64,000 nt of DNA from Ostreococcus lucimarinus (Eukaryota). The notes beneath the pieces were generated by a model. It saw only the letters and a program-made list of their open reading frames with translations. It made no database searches and had not been told where the DNA came from. Both the position numbers and the translations under genes were made by a program. Each line of letters begins with the position of its first letter. Positions within the stretch are counted from its first letter, which is position 1. This document shows positions 38,362-50,235 of this stretch, in pieces. The DNA lies in the NCBI GenBank assembly GCA_000092065.1, contig CP000597.1. One strand, 5' to 3'.

Positions 38362-40263
38362 TCATTCGTCGATCTCGTGAGTTTTCGCGTCGGCGGCAAT
38401 CATTCGTCGAGCGTCGAAGATGCGCTTGAGGTTTTGCAGCGTATGTCGAGGTCCGACGGCGCTCAAACCGTGCGCGTTCAACAACTGCTCGAGATTTTTG
38501 TTCAGCAAAAACACACCGTAGGTGTATTTCGTTCGATCGCTCGGCGAGTCCATGAATAAGGGAAATTCTATGCGCGTGAGCGTCTTCTTCATCGCCGCGG
38601 CGTCAGCGCTGCCCGCTTTGGGCTTGACTTGATGAAAGTCGCAAATGTACGAACGACTGAGACTCGGACACACTGGATAACGAAGACGGACGTCGAGTAT
38701 GGCGGCGAGCTGAATACATATCTGCGCGATGTGACCGTACGCCGCCGCATCGCTCTCGAGATCTTCCACTGTCAGGGATTGCGTCTTCGACGGCGCCGGC
38801 CCGAGGTCCAGCGGCACGTCTCCGATTTGCAGCAGCGGATGTTCTCGTCGATTCGACGGGTCTTCAGGCGCGGATTCGATTGGAAAGATTTCAGCGAGAT
38901 CGCCCACTAATCGCCAGCGACGAGCGACGAGCGCCCGCTGCTTTTGGTACAACTTTCCTGTTCCATTTGGTCCGTTCAACGCGCGCTCCGCCTCGTCCAG
39001 ACGATCGTTCGCCTCGACGAGTTTCTCGCCCGCCTGACGCAGAGCTCGAATGCGTCGCCCGACGTCGTCCTTCATCAGCGCTAAACTTTCGCGCTCTTCG
39101 GCGAGCTCATTCGTCAGCGCGACGATGCGCTCGTCGGCGGTGATTCCGTCGTCGTTTGCCATGGACGCCGCCGCCGGCTTTTTGCAAATTCCCGCGGCGC
39201 CGCCGAAATCGCCCAACCGAGTTTGCATGCGCCTCGCCAATTCATCGCGCAAATCTCTCGCATCTTCCTCCGCACTCTTCGCCTCTATCACGTTTTCTAT
39301 CTTCGCCACCATCGCGCGCACGTCCACTTTCACCACGCTCTTCTTGTCCGCCGCGCGCGCCGACGCCGACGCCGTCGTCGGACTTCGCGAGCGACCGCCG
39401 CCGCCGAGGCGCTCGTCTTCCTCGTCCTCCGTGATGATCCGATCGATCACCGCCACCCCGTTCGACGCACCGCGCCGATGCTGACCACCGTTCTGTTCAT
39501 TCTTCGCCCGCACGGCGTCTATGAACGCTCGAACCGCGCGTCCCGACGCATCCGCCGCCGACGGCTCCGGCGAGTACACCCCCCCGTCGCTCAACCGCAA
39601 AAACACCGCGTTCGGCGGCATCGCCGTCCCGCTCGGCACGCGATTCCCCAGCCGCACCAACCGCGTCAGATCGATCGCCGCGCGACATATCAACACATCG
39701 CTCGTCGTCTCCCCGCCCGCGTCTCCCTCTCGCGTCGTTCGCAAGCCCTCGCCGCGGCGCCATCGCGCGCCGCTCGCGCGCGCGCTTCCCGCCTTCGCCG
39801 TCTCACCACCCCTCGCGCCCTCGCGCCCGTCCGCGCGCGCGCCGTACACGCACAGCTCGAATTTCGTTCCATCGCGCGTTCCGAGACGCTCGGACGCGCG
39901 TCCGAGCTCGATCGCGACGTCCCAATCCGGATTTAATCCTCGCTCGCCGCGCGCCGTCTCGCTCGCGAACGCCTCGCGCGCCGCGAATCGATCTCCCTCG
40001 TCCTCGCCGTCGTCGTCCACGCACACCTCGCCGTACGGCGTCGGCGCGTACACCGCGCCTCGCGCGCGGTGCGGTCGCAGCGTGCAGTACGTCCCGAGCG
40101 GCGCGACGTCGCGCGCGAATCCGTCGCCGTCGCGCGCATCGCGATTCGCGAATCGTTCACCATTCGCGCTCGGAACGCGCAGATTCCGCGCCGCGACGCC
40201 GCGCACGTGCCTGAGCGCGACGCGCGGCGCGTACCACGCGTCCTCGCCCCCCCCCGCGCGCAT
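38362..40263 (-). CDS. UVRAG/Vps38-like protein (coiled-coil + Atg14/BARA-like C-terminal domain), putative PI3K complex subunit
   Basis: Central coiled-coil (ERESLALMKDDVGRRIRALRQAGEKLVEANDRLDEAERAL) and a C-terminal region (YGHIAQICIQLAAILDVRLRYPV ... YGVFLLNKNLEQLL) resembling the Atg14/UVRAG family. A possible N-terminal C2-like region. ATG at 40263. Tentative. Confidence 0.35.
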   Translation of the reverse strand: MRAGGGEDAWYAPRVALRHVRGVAARNLRVPSANGERFANRDARDGDGFARDVAPLGTYCTLRPHRARGAVYAPTPYGEVCVDDDGEDEGDRFAAREAFASETARGERGLNPDWDVAIELGRASERLGTRDGTKFELCVYGARADGREGARGGETAKAGSARASGARWRRGEGLRTTREGDAGGETTSDVLICRAAIDLTRLVRLGNRVPSGTAMPPNAVFLRLSDGGVYSPEPSAADASGRAVRAFIDAVRAKNEQNGGQHRRGASNGVAVIDRIITEDEEDERLGGGGRSRSPTTASASARAADKKSVVKVDVRAMVAKIENVIEAKSAEEDARDLRDELARRMQTRLGDFGGAAGICKKPAAASMANDDGITADERIVALTNELAEERESLALMKDDVGRRIRALRQAGEKLVEANDRLDEAERALNGPNGTGKLYQKQRALVARRWRLVGDLAEIFPIESAPEDPSNRREHPLLQIGDVPLDLGPAPSKTQSLTVEDLESDAAAYGHIAQICIQLAAILDVRLRYPVCPSLSRSYICDFHQVKPKAGSADAAAMKKTLTRIEFPLFMDSPSDRTKYTYGVFLLNKNLEQLLNAHGLSAVGPRHTLQNLKRIFDARRMIAADAKTHEIDE

Positions 40264-40273
40264 TCAACGACGC

Positions 40274-40927
40274 ATGCCGACGAACGGTACGAGATTCAAG
40301 CGTCACAATTTGCCGCGTTCGCGCGAGCGTCGCCCAAACATGCCCTCGCCGTCGTCCGCGGCGCCGTCCGCGCGCGCGTGCGTCGATCTCATCGCGCGGG
40401 CGGGAAAGCTCAAGGCGCTCAGGCGCGCGGGATGGGTCCAGCGCGGCGTGCGCGACGCGGAATCCGTCGCCGAACACTCGTGGAGAGTCGCGCTCATGAC
40501 GATGCTCGCCGCGGATCGCGACGACGCGTGCGATTCGGGGCGCGCGGTCGCGATGGCGCTCGTCCACGACCTCGCGGAGGCCGTCGTGGGAGACATCACG
40601 CCGAACGACGGCGTGAGCGACGAAGAGAAGGCGGCGATGGAGCGGGAGGCGATGGGGACGATGACGGCGGCGCTGGGCGCGCGAGGCGAGGCGTTGATGG
40701 CGCTGTGGGAAGAGTACGAGGCGGGAGAGAGCGCCGAGGCGAGGCTGGTGAAGGATATGGATAAGTTGGAGATGATCGCGCAGGCGATGGAGTACGAGAC
40801 GGAGGAGAACACGGGGAGGGGGGAGGATTTGGAAGAGTTTTTCGAGAGCACGCGAGGACGGTATCGAACGGCGACGGGCGAGGCGTGGAGCGAGGAAATC
40901 GAGCGACGTCGACCGCGGGCGGGGTAA
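40274..40927 (+). CDS. HD-domain phosphohydrolase, HDDC2/YfbR 5'-deoxynucleotidase family
   Basis: LKALRRAGWVQRGV..ESVAEHSWRVALMTMLA...ALVHDLAEAVVGDITP is the HDDC2-type HD motif set. In-frame ATGs at 40274 and 40340. The start lies only about 10 nt from the divergent UVRAG-like ATG. Confidence 0.7.
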   Translation: MPTNGTRFKRHNLPRSRERRPNMPSPSSAAPSARACVDLIARAGKLKALRRAGWVQRGVRDAESVAEHSWRVALMTMLAADRDDACDSGRAVAMALVHDLAEAVVGDITPNDGVSDEEKAAMEREAMGTMTAALGARGEALMALWEEYEAGESAEARLVKDMDKLEMIAQAMEYETEENTGRGEDLEEFFESTRGRYRTATGEAWSEEIERRRPRAG

Positions 40928-40983
40928 AAGTACACGTAGGATGTAATACATCGTCGTCGAGATCGTGACGCGCGGGTGCGCGG

Positions 40984-42591
40984 CTACGCGAGCTTGATTT
41001 TCGCCCACGCGCCGCCTCGCCAAATGTTGGCGTACACCAAGCCTTGGATGAATCTGTAGGCGACGTACAGAGTCCAAACGACGGTGAGATTTTGGTCGAA
41101 CACCGCGACGGCGAGGTAGGCTGAGGGTAAAAATAGTGCCCATTGACTCAGGATGCTCACGAGCGCCACGCGCTTGGCGTCGCCGACGCCCAGGAGAGCG
41201 TTTTGCATCGTCAGGCTGACGGCGTCGCCGCACACGGTGAGACCCGTCATGCGAAGCGGGGTCACCGCGATGTCCACCGCGTGTGGATCCGTCAAAAACA
41301 CCCCTAAAACCACTCGAGGGCACAACGCGAGGCCGAAGCCGACGACGGACATCAAAAGAGCGGTGATTTTCGCGACGTCCCACGGCCACTGCTTGGCGTC
41401 TTCCACGTCCCCTCGACCGAGCGCTCGACCGCTCAGCGCGCCGGCGGCGAGACCCATACCCATGCACGGCAAGATCAAGAATAACATCAGATTGATGAGC
41501 ACGTTCACCGCCGCCACTTCCGTCGTGCCGAGGCGCCCGACAATTGAATACAACGTCATCATGCCCGACGCGTACAGCAAGTTGGTCACCGACGTCGGCA
41601 ACGCCTGCGTGGCGAGCACGCGCAAATCCGCCATCGTCGGTCTCTTTTGTAAGAATCCAAGTTTCGTCGCCCGTTTCATCCCTTGATACATGTACATCGC
41701 CGTCCCACACCAGATACTAAAGCTCGTCCCCAATCCCGCGCCCAGAGCTCCGAGCGGGGGCACGCCCAACTGGGGCACGCCCACAAATGTCAAAATCAAC
41801 GACAGCGTGAAATTCACCGTGTGCATGACGATCAACGTGTTCATGTACACCTGCGGCTGTTGAATCGCGTTCCAAAATCCTCTGAATGCGAAATTGATCC
41901 CCACTGCCGGCACCGCCAGCACTCTAGCTCGTAAATACGGCACCGCGTTGGCCACCACGCTCGCGTCCGTCGTGTACAGCGGAACCAGCGCGTCCGCGTA
42001 AACAAACGCCAATATCGCCAGTGGCACCCCCATCAAACACACTAATATCAAAGCCGCGTTCAACGGTCGCGCGACTTCGTCGTATCTCCCCTCACCCATT
42101 CGTCTCGCCGCCATCGCCTGGACGCCGCTCGCCACGCCCTGAAGCGCCGCTTGGCACTGAAAATTCATCGTGCTCCCCAGCCCCACCGCCGCGACGCTCG
42201 CGGTGCCCAACCTCCCCACCATGGCTGCATCCGCCAAATTCAGCACGTTTTGGCTCGCCATGCCGCCCATCACGGGCAGGGCTTGATCGAGCACCGCCGT
42301 CACGCGTTCGCTCGGGACGCCGACGACGCGCGCGACGGACCAGGGGTCCCCATCGCTCGCGCGCGCGGCGGGCGCCTCCGAATCGTCGACGATCGACGCG
42401 CACGCGCGCGTTCGCGCTCTTGCCGCGATCGACACCGCTATCGACGCGCGCGGCGCGACGTAGCGCGCGCGAACGCGTCGACCGGGACAGTTTGCCTCGT
42501 GGCGCACGCGGCGAGACGAAACGCGCGCGCACGGCGCGTGGAGGCGTCGCGCGGGCGCGAGCGTCGGCGTGCGAGCGGTGAGTGGTGTCAT
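40984..42591 (-). CDS. MATE-family efflux transporter
   Basis: 12-TM MatE duplication with typical motifs (GMASQNVLNLADAAMVGRLG; second half GLAAGALSGRALG). An N-terminal transit-like extension begins at the ATG at 42591. Confidence 0.8.
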   Translation of the reverse strand: MTPLTARTPTLAPARRLHAPCARVSSRRVRHEANCPGRRVRARYVAPRASIAVSIAARARTRACASIVDDSEAPAARASDGDPWSVARVVGVPSERVTAVLDQALPVMGGMASQNVLNLADAAMVGRLGTASVAAVGLGSTMNFQCQAALQGVASGVQAMAARRMGEGRYDEVARPLNAALILVCLMGVPLAILAFVYADALVPLYTTDASVVANAVPYLRARVLAVPAVGINFAFRGFWNAIQQPQVYMNTLIVMHTVNFTLSLILTFVGVPQLGVPPLGALGAGLGTSFSIWCGTAMYMYQGMKRATKLGFLQKRPTMADLRVLATQALPTSVTNLLYASGMMTLYSIVGRLGTTEVAAVNVLINLMLFLILPCMGMGLAAGALSGRALGRGDVEDAKQWPWDVAKITALLMSVVGFGLALCPRVVLGVFLTDPHAVDIAVTPLRMTGLTVCGDAVSLTMQNALLGVGDAKRVALVSILSQWALFLPSAYLAVAVFDQNLTVVWTLYVAYRFIQGLVYANIWRGGAWAKIKLA

Positions 42592-42788
42592 CGAACTTTG
42601 GTAGCGCTCGACGCGCGTCCGCGACCGCGAAACGGGTCGCGCGACGGCGTGTGCAGGAACCGCGGCGCCGCGACAAACCCAAACCGGGACGGCCAGGCGA
42701 CGCTCGAGAGGTTCTAGGACGACGACGTCGAATGGGACGAATTTCTGCTATCGCTCGCGAAATGAATAAATGCTAAGCCTCGAAGGCG

Positions 42789-44048
42789 CTATCGAGCGGC
42801 GGTGAGCGGTGGTTGATGACGTCGGCTTCGCGCGCCGACGGCGCGGTTGGTCTTGACGCTCGCGACGGCGGTGAAATCTCCGAGCGCCACGGCGTCGTCC
42901 ACGGAGATGAGACGGTGAGAGGGCGACGTGTGGTCGTCTTTTACGAACGGTTTGCTCTGGCGCGCGGCTTTGAGTCGCTCTTTACGTTGCCTGTAATGTT
43001 CGACGCCGACCACGGCGTTGGCTTGGACGAGCGCGTCGTCGTATTGATCAGCCAGAGCCTCGAACGGCATCTCGTGCGCCGGCGTTACGTCACGCTTCGT
43101 TCCAATTCTCGCGCGCGTCGATCGCCACGCGCGCGAGAATTCAACCGGCGTGAGCTGTAAGACGACGTCGGCGAGTTTGTTGCCCGGCGCGCCGCCTCGA
43201 GCCTTGGCGAGCGCATCCAGCTCGAGCCTCCGCTCGTCGTTCGAACACAAATCCATCAACACGAATCTCACGTCGGCGAACGGCTTGCCCTTCTCGGCGC
43301 ACAGCGCGTCTTTATCGATCATCACCTTCTTCGCGTCGTCCCGGTGGTACTCCAGCGCCGGCTTCAATCTCTCCAAAACCAAGTGAAACGGAGTCTCCTT
43401 GACGTCGCACCACCCCGGCGCGCGCCACGTCGGCGAACACAACAGCGACCGCTGCACTCGCACGCGTCGCGTCGCGTCGTCCCTGAACAGCGGACACATC
43501 GCGCCTTCGTGCGCGACGCTCGGTTCGCACGCGCGTCGTCCCAAATTCGCCCACTTCCCATCGTCGCCTCCGCGCTTGGCGTACAGCGAACACGCGAATC
43601 TCTCGCGCGTCATCTTTCGCTTCCCTCGCGCGTTCGCGTTCCCCAATCCGTCGACTTTATCTCGCAACCGCGGTTCGCCGTCCCGCTCGCGCCGCTCGCG
43701 CGCCTCGCGTTCAATCTCTCGCTCGTACTGCTCGCTCCGCAGCGCGCGCAGCGCGATCTCCACCGGCCCGCTGTCCGACGCGTCGACGACGCGCGTCGTC
43801 GCGCCCTCGATTCGCCCTCGCGCCGCGCCCGCGCCTTTCGCGCGCGTCCCGACGCCGCGACGCATTTCGTCCCGCGCGCGCGTTCGCCGCGCCTCGCGCC
43901 GCGCGAGCGCGTCGAGCGCCGCCACCGCGCCGTCGTCGTCGTCGTCGTCGTCCTCGCGCGCGCGCGCGTCCTCGGCGTCGCCCGCGGCGTCGTCGTCGCG
44001 CGATTTCCACGGCAGGCACGGCATCAACCGACGCGCGACGCGCGACAT
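42789..44048 (-). CDS. Hypothetical conserved protein (unknown function)
   Basis: 419-aa ORF with ATG at 44048. A non-repetitive, balanced-composition C-terminal half (FHLVLERLKPALEYH ... TPVEFSRAWR ... EHYRQRKERLKAARQ) suggests a real protein. I could not assign a family. Acidic/Arg-rich N-terminus. Confidence 0.35.
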   Translation of the reverse strand: MSRVARRLMPCLPWKSRDDDAAGDAEDARAREDDDDDDDGAVAALDALARREARRTRARDEMRRGVGTRAKGAGAARGRIEGATTRVVDASDSGPVEIALRALRSEQYEREIEREARERRERDGEPRLRDKVDGLGNANARGKRKMTRERFACSLYAKRGGDDGKWANLGRRACEPSVAHEGAMCPLFRDDATRRVRVQRSLLCSPTWRAPGWCDVKETPFHLVLERLKPALEYHRDDAKKVMIDKDALCAEKGKPFADVRFVLMDLCSNDERRLELDALAKARGGAPGNKLADVVLQLTPVEFSRAWRSTRARIGTKRDVTPAHEMPFEALADQYDDALVQANAVVGVEHYRQRKERLKAARQSKPFVKDDHTSPSHRLISVDDAVALGDFTAVASVKTNRAVGARSRRHQPPLTAAR

Positions 44049-44185
44049 CGCGCGTCGCGCACTGACGCCGGCGCGCCGGCGACGCCGGTTCGCGACGCGA
44101 CGCGCGTCGCGGCGCGTCGAACCGCGCCGTCGAAACGCGCGATCGCGCCGTCGCGCGCGCGGCGACCGCGCGGGACGGATTCGAC

Positions 44186-46048
44186 ATGGGACGCTCGACG
44201 ACGCGCGGGACGTCGCGCGACGGCGCGTTCGACGCGCGGTTCTGGATCGAGCGCGACGAGGACGCGCTCGCGTCGACGTCCGTCGTCGCCGGCGCGGACG
44301 GCGCGGCGATCGAGATCGAACGACGGACGGTGACCGCGCGCGGCGTCGACGCGAGCGCGACGCCGTACGCGCTCGCGCGAGGCGCGCGAGGCGGAGGCGC
44401 GAGGGCGCTGTTGGTGTACACGCACGGCACGGGATCGAGCAAGGAGGAAGTGCTGGATCGGGCGCGGGCGTACGCGCGCGAGGGGTGGGATTGCGCGGTG
44501 TTCGACGCGGTGGGACACGGCGAGCGAGCGCGCGGCGAGGACGACGCGTACGGACGCGTCTTGGCGGAGGCGTACGATCGAATTGAGCGCTCGGGAGAGA
44601 CGCGCGAGCGGTACGGGAACTCGCCGTACGTCGTGGACGGCGCGATAGATTGCCTGCGGGTGGCGCGCGCGGCGTTGGGGAACGCGCCGGGGACGACGCG
44701 AGCGTGCTTCGCGGGCGAGAGCTTGGGCGGGATGTACGCGGCGTGCGCCGCCGCGGGATGGTCGCTAGATTGGGGGTTTAAGCTCGTCGCGTGCGCGCCG
44801 ATGATTGGATTTTCGAGTTTTTCGTACGGCGTCGAACACGAGCGATGGTTCGCGCGCGCGATCTCGCTGCCGAAGCGCCTGTGGTCGCGCGTCTCCGACG
44901 GCGCGAGAGAGACGCCGACGCTCGCCGACGTCAAGGATTTTTATTCGCGCGTGTGTCCGGATATTTGCGGCGGTTCTCGCGACGGCGCTCGAGTGTTGGC
45001 GCGCATTCGAGCGAAACGGGTGCACTTTTGCGCGGTGAACGGGTCGGACGACGCGAGAAATCCTATGGAGGGCGTGATGGAGGCGTTCGCCGAGCAACCG
45101 TCGCGTGCGAAACAGTACGGCGCTCGAGCGCAGTGCACGATCGTCGCGCAAAAGGGCGTGGGACACGAGATCACGGACGCCATGCGCGACGTCGTGCGAA
45201 CGTTTCTCACCAACGTCGCCGCGAATTTCGTGGAACCAGAGGCGATGACGTTCGACGATAAAATTTGGGACGTCGTCTCGAACGAAGTCGCGGAGAACGT
45301 TCGCGAGCCCCTTCGCGCGAAGCTTGAATCGTGGGCAAACGGTGGCATAGATCTCGCGTCGTACCTCGACGACGCCGATCGCGAATTTTTGTCCGACCCA
45401 GCGTCGAGCGTCGCGCTCGCGTCCGAAGGCGTCGACGCCGTCGTGGCTTTGATAGAAAAAGCGCGCGAGCGCGCCGAAGTAAAGTACGTCTCGCCATTCG
45501 AGATTGCGAAGCGCGAGAAAGCCGAAAGGCTCGTTCGCGAACGCGAAGAAGCCGAGGAAGCAGAACGACGACGTCGAGTGGCTGAGCGAGAGGCAGAGCG
45601 AGAGGCGGAGCGCCGCCGCGTCGAAGAAGCCGAAGCGCGCCGACTCGCCGCCGAAGCCGAGCGCGTCGAACGCGCTCGTCTCCAGGCGGAAGAGGCGGAA
45701 AGACGGCGCGTCGAAGCAGAAAACGCCGAGCGCGCGCGTTTGGAGCGCGAAGAGCTCGCCCGTGAACGCGAGTTGGAGGCGGAAAAGAAGCGAGCCGAAG
45801 AGGCAGCCGAGCGCGCTCGAAAAGAGGCGGAAGAAACGCGGCGAGTCGAAGGTTTGGCTCGCGTTCGCGCATTGCTGACGAAGAAGAATTCTGTCAAGGA
45901 AGAGATGAAGGCGAGCGCGAAGGAACGCGTGAGTGATAAGTTAAAGGTGAGGCAGGCGTCGATAAGCGAGAGGTTGATGCGGTTGAAAAGCAGTCACTCG
46001 CGTCGTCTGCAAGAGGAGGAAGATAGCGAGAGGAATGGATTGATTTAA
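44186..46048 (+). CDS. Alpha/beta-hydrolase fold esterase/lipase-like protein with long C-terminal Glu/Arg/Ala-rich coiled-coil
   Basis: Nucleophile elbow GESLGG within a typical alpha/beta-hydrolase context (HGTGSSKEE ... CFAGESLGGMYA ... GVGHEI). The C-terminal 170 aa are ER-rich heptad-like repeats (EAERRRVEEAEARRLAAEAERVERARL...). ATG at 44186. Confidence 0.55.
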   Translation: MGRSTTRGTSRDGAFDARFWIERDEDALASTSVVAGADGAAIEIERRTVTARGVDASATPYALARGARGGGARALLVYTHGTGSSKEEVLDRARAYAREGWDCAVFDAVGHGERARGEDDAYGRVLAEAYDRIERSGETRERYGNSPYVVDGAIDCLRVARAALGNAPGTTRACFAGESLGGMYAACAAAGWSLDWGFKLVACAPMIGFSSFSYGVEHERWFARAISLPKRLWSRVSDGARETPTLADVKDFYSRVCPDICGGSRDGARVLARIRAKRVHFCAVNGSDDARNPMEGVMEAFAEQPSRAKQYGARAQCTIVAQKGVGHEITDAMRDVVRTFLTNVAANFVEPEAMTFDDKIWDVVSNEVAENVREPLRAKLESWANGGIDLASYLDDADREFLSDPASSVALASEGVDAVVALIEKARERAEVKYVSPFEIAKREKAERLVREREEAEEAERRRRVAEREAEREAERRRVEEAEARRLAAEAERVERARLQAEEAERRRVEAENAERARLEREELARERELEAEKKRAEEAAERARKEAEETRRVEGLARVRALLTKKNSVKEEMKASAKERVSDKLKVRQASISERLMRLKSSHSRRLQEEEDSERNGLI

Positions 46049-46113
46049 TTTTCGTACGTAGTCGTGTTGCAAAGCTAAAGTTCCAAATTGTATATCTATC
46101 AGATTTATGAGAT

Positions 46114-47760
46114 TTAGACGACACCCATCTTGGAGAGAAGCTTTTTTGATTCCGCGGCGTAGTTGACCGGGTTACACTTGACCGCCGTCATGCGACGCTT
46201 GCTTTCGCCTTGGTATTCCTCGGTGACGACCTTGACGAGGAAGGACCAGTGCTGGCACGTCATCTTCTTCACCGCACGTTCGTACGCCGCGAAGTCGTTT
46301 TCCTTCAACTCGTGCATTTCGTTCGCCGTCATGCCGAACATCTTCGTCGCTTCTTCGTTGAACGCGTTCAACCACGCGCCTTCGGAGCTATCCTGCGCCT
46401 TGAATCGCATAATATAACGGCGTTCGCAAGTGTCGTAGGTTTGCCCGTTCGCTTCGCAGTACCATTTACCATCGCTTTCGATCACCTTCTTGTTGTTTCC
46501 TTCTTCGGGTGTGGCGGTGTAGTACATGGTTTGATCTGGCTTGCACATGACGGTGTGCGCGCACACCCACGCAAACGTCGGCTTGTCGGTCACCGGGGCG
46601 ATTTCCTCCGGCTGGAGCTCGGCGAGGTTACTCGCCATAATTTCGCTCTTTTGACCTTGCTGCGCGCTGGTGAGACCTTCGCCCGCGGCCGTGGTTTCGG
46701 CGCTGGAGCCGCCCTCAGACCACCACTTTTTGATTTCGACGGCGCGCGGCACGTCCTCCGGATCGATGACGATGTCAGAGCGGGAGACGGTGCCGATGGA
46801 GACGCCTTCGTAATCACCGACGCGAACAGAACGAATAGCCACCACCGGGTTGGTCATCGACGCCAACTGTTCGCCGACTTCGACGGCGAGCGCGTTCCAA
46901 AGAGTCAACCTGACGGTTTTCGCCGAGTCGTCGACCAAGACGACTTCGCGCTTGTTCAACTCGGTGTTGTCGCTCTTGCGGCGAATGGACGACAGTTCGC
47001 TGACTTCCTTGACCACGGCGACGACGTCGACGTTGCCACGCGCACCAATCTTGCTCGCGAGCTTGTTGATGGGCACGAAGGCGTACGCGCGTTGCATCTT
47101 TTGCGCGCTCGACTGATCGATGTCGTTGCAGACGTCGATTTCGCACTTGCCGTCGAGGTTCATCTCGTAATCGTTACCCGAAGTCGAGTATCGCTTATCC
47201 GCCGGTTTGAGAGAACCCTTGGAGACGTAGTAAACCTTGCCGACTTCCAAAACTGAGTCGTACTTTTCAATCGCTTCGCGCCAGAGCGTCGCGCCGATGG
47301 CGGTACCCTCCTCGTCGACAAAGTCGACCGAGCAAACCTTACCCGGACCACGCGCGCTCTTGTACTCGCGCACGTTCCCCTTGTTCGTCAACTTCACCTT
47401 GACCGTCCACGGCGTGCGGTACGGGTTAAGCGCCGCGAGCGGCACCGCCGCGCGTTCCGCGCTCGCCGGCGTCTTCGGCTCCGTCTTCGCCGCCTTCGCC
47501 GCGGGCGTCGTCACCTTCTCCTTCACATCCGCGTCGACGACTTCGAACCCGTTGATCACCGCGAACGGTTTACGCTCAACGCCATCCGTTTCGAACGCCA
47601 CGTCCGTGAGCTTCAACACCGCGTTCTCCTTCACCGCGCCGCTCGACAGCTTCTCCCCGCACGTCGCCGCGAACTTCGCCGCGATGGTGTTCTCCCCGTC
47701 GTTCAGCGTCGCACTGCACCGCCCGAAATCCACGTCATCACCGTCAGTCAAACGAACCAT
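46114..47760 (-). CDS. RPA1: Replication protein A large subunit (RPA70/RPA1)
   Basis: N-terminal OB (MVRLTDG...), DBD-A/B OB folds, and the C-terminal zinc ribbon (NKKVIESDGKWYCEANGQTYDTCERRYIMRFKAQD...WLNAFNE). First ATG at 47760; the tool ORF starts at a TTG at 47838. Confidence 0.85.
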   Translation of the reverse strand: MVRLTDGDDVDFGRCSATLNDGENTIAAKFAATCGEKLSSGAVKENAVLKLTDVAFETDGVERKPFAVINGFEVVDADVKEKVTTPAAKAAKTEPKTPASAERAAVPLAALNPYRTPWTVKVKLTNKGNVREYKSARGPGKVCSVDFVDEEGTAIGATLWREAIEKYDSVLEVGKVYYVSKGSLKPADKRYSTSGNDYEMNLDGKCEIDVCNDIDQSSAQKMQRAYAFVPINKLASKIGARGNVDVVAVVKEVSELSSIRRKSDNTELNKREVVLVDDSAKTVRLTLWNALAVEVGEQLASMTNPVVAIRSVRVGDYEGVSIGTVSRSDIVIDPEDVPRAVEIKKWWSEGGSSAETTAAGEGLTSAQQGQKSEIMASNLAELQPEEIAPVTDKPTFAWVCAHTVMCKPDQTMYYTATPEEGNNKKVIESDGKWYCEANGQTYDTCERRYIMRFKAQDSSEGAWLNAFNEEATKMFGMTANEMHELKENDFAAYERAVKKMTCQHWSFLVKVVTEEYQGESKRRMTAVKCNPVNYAAESKKLLSKMGVV

Positions 47761-48042
47761 CCCCGCGCGCGCCCACGCCTCGCCTCGCGTCCCCCCCGCG
47801 CCCGCCCACGCGCGTCGCCCGCTCGATCGCTCATTCAAAACTTGAATTTAAATTCAAACTTCCAACGACCGTCCCCGCGTTCCGCGATCATCGCGTCGCG
47901 CGCGCACCTGTACGCCTCATCCGCGCTCTTAAAGTCGAGCACCTGCGCGCGATAAAACTCCACCCATCAGTCCGCGCCCTCGTCGTCGCCCCCCTCGATC
48001 GCGCGCGTCGTCGCGCTCGTCGCGACGCGCGCGCGCGTTTGA

Positions 48043-49506
<1,464 letters not shown>

Positions 49507-49842
49507 CCCCCGCGCGTGATGCATTCATCGTCGTCTTCATTCATTCATCGACCTCGGTCGTGCGTTCGCCTCGCGCGACCGCGCGATCGATCGACGCGCG
49601 CGTCGCCCCCGTCGTCGACGCGCGGCGTCCAACCGACCGACCGTCGAACGCCGCGGCTGAAATTCGGAACCTCGCCGCATTCGCACCTCCGTCGAGTCAC
49701 GACCCATCGAGTCCCTCTTTTTTACCCAGCCTGCCACCACACTGTTTACCCACACGTTTTTACATAAAAACGCGATCGCGCGATTTCAATCTCTGCGCGT
49801 TTATTCCCCCGCGCGCGCGCCCGCCGCACGTCGCGACGCGCC

Positions 49843-50235
49843 ATGACCTCGGTCGCGCGCCGACTCGGGCGCGTCGTCCCGCTCCCGAACCTGCGCCTGA
49901 CGCTCCAACCGCCTCGACTGTCGCGCGACGACCTCGCGCGCGGCGTCGACGAGGTCGTCTTTCGCGCCGACCCGCGCGTGACCAAGCTCGAGGTTCGCGC
50001 GTACCTCGAGCGCGCGCTGCGCGTGAAGACGACGGACGTGCGCACGAGCAACTACGACGGCGCGAAGCGACGCGATCGCGGCGGGTTTCACCGTCGCGCG
50101 GCGTTCAAGAAGGTGTACGTGACGCTCGGCGAGCGGTGGTTCCCGCCGGAGGCGTTCAGGGCCAAGGACGCGCGCGAGCGGGACGACGACGCGAGGGCGA
50201 GACGCGCGAGCGCGCGCGCGGGAGGATCGACGTGA
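49843..50235 (+). CDS. Organellar ribosomal protein uL23 (L23/L25 family)
   Basis: VTKLEVRAYLERALRVKTTDVRTSNYDGAKRR...KKVYVTL matches the uL23 fold. The N-terminal presequence starts at ATG 49843. Confidence 0.55.
   Translation: MTSVARRLGRVVPLPNLRLTLQPPRLSRDDLARGVDEVVFRADPRVTKLEVRAYLERALRVKTTDVRTSNYDGAKRRDRGGFHRRAAFKKVYVTLGERWFPPEAFRAKDARERDDDARARRASARAGGST

Noticed and set aside
44061-44066. ACTGAC branch-like hexamers at 44061 (esterase 5' region) and 10432 (+ strand inside the CCDC103-like locus).
   Set aside because: No AG acceptor follows within 150 nt at 44061. At 10432 the motif is on the wrong strand for the gene and lacks a pyrimidine tract or credible acceptor. These are chance occurrences.
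47744-47749. ACTGAC on the minus strand at the RPA70 start and in the small acidic ORF (63465).
   Set aside because: In both cases the hexamer encodes L-T-D within conserved-looking coding sequence (RPA70 MVRLTDG). This is coding, not a branch site.
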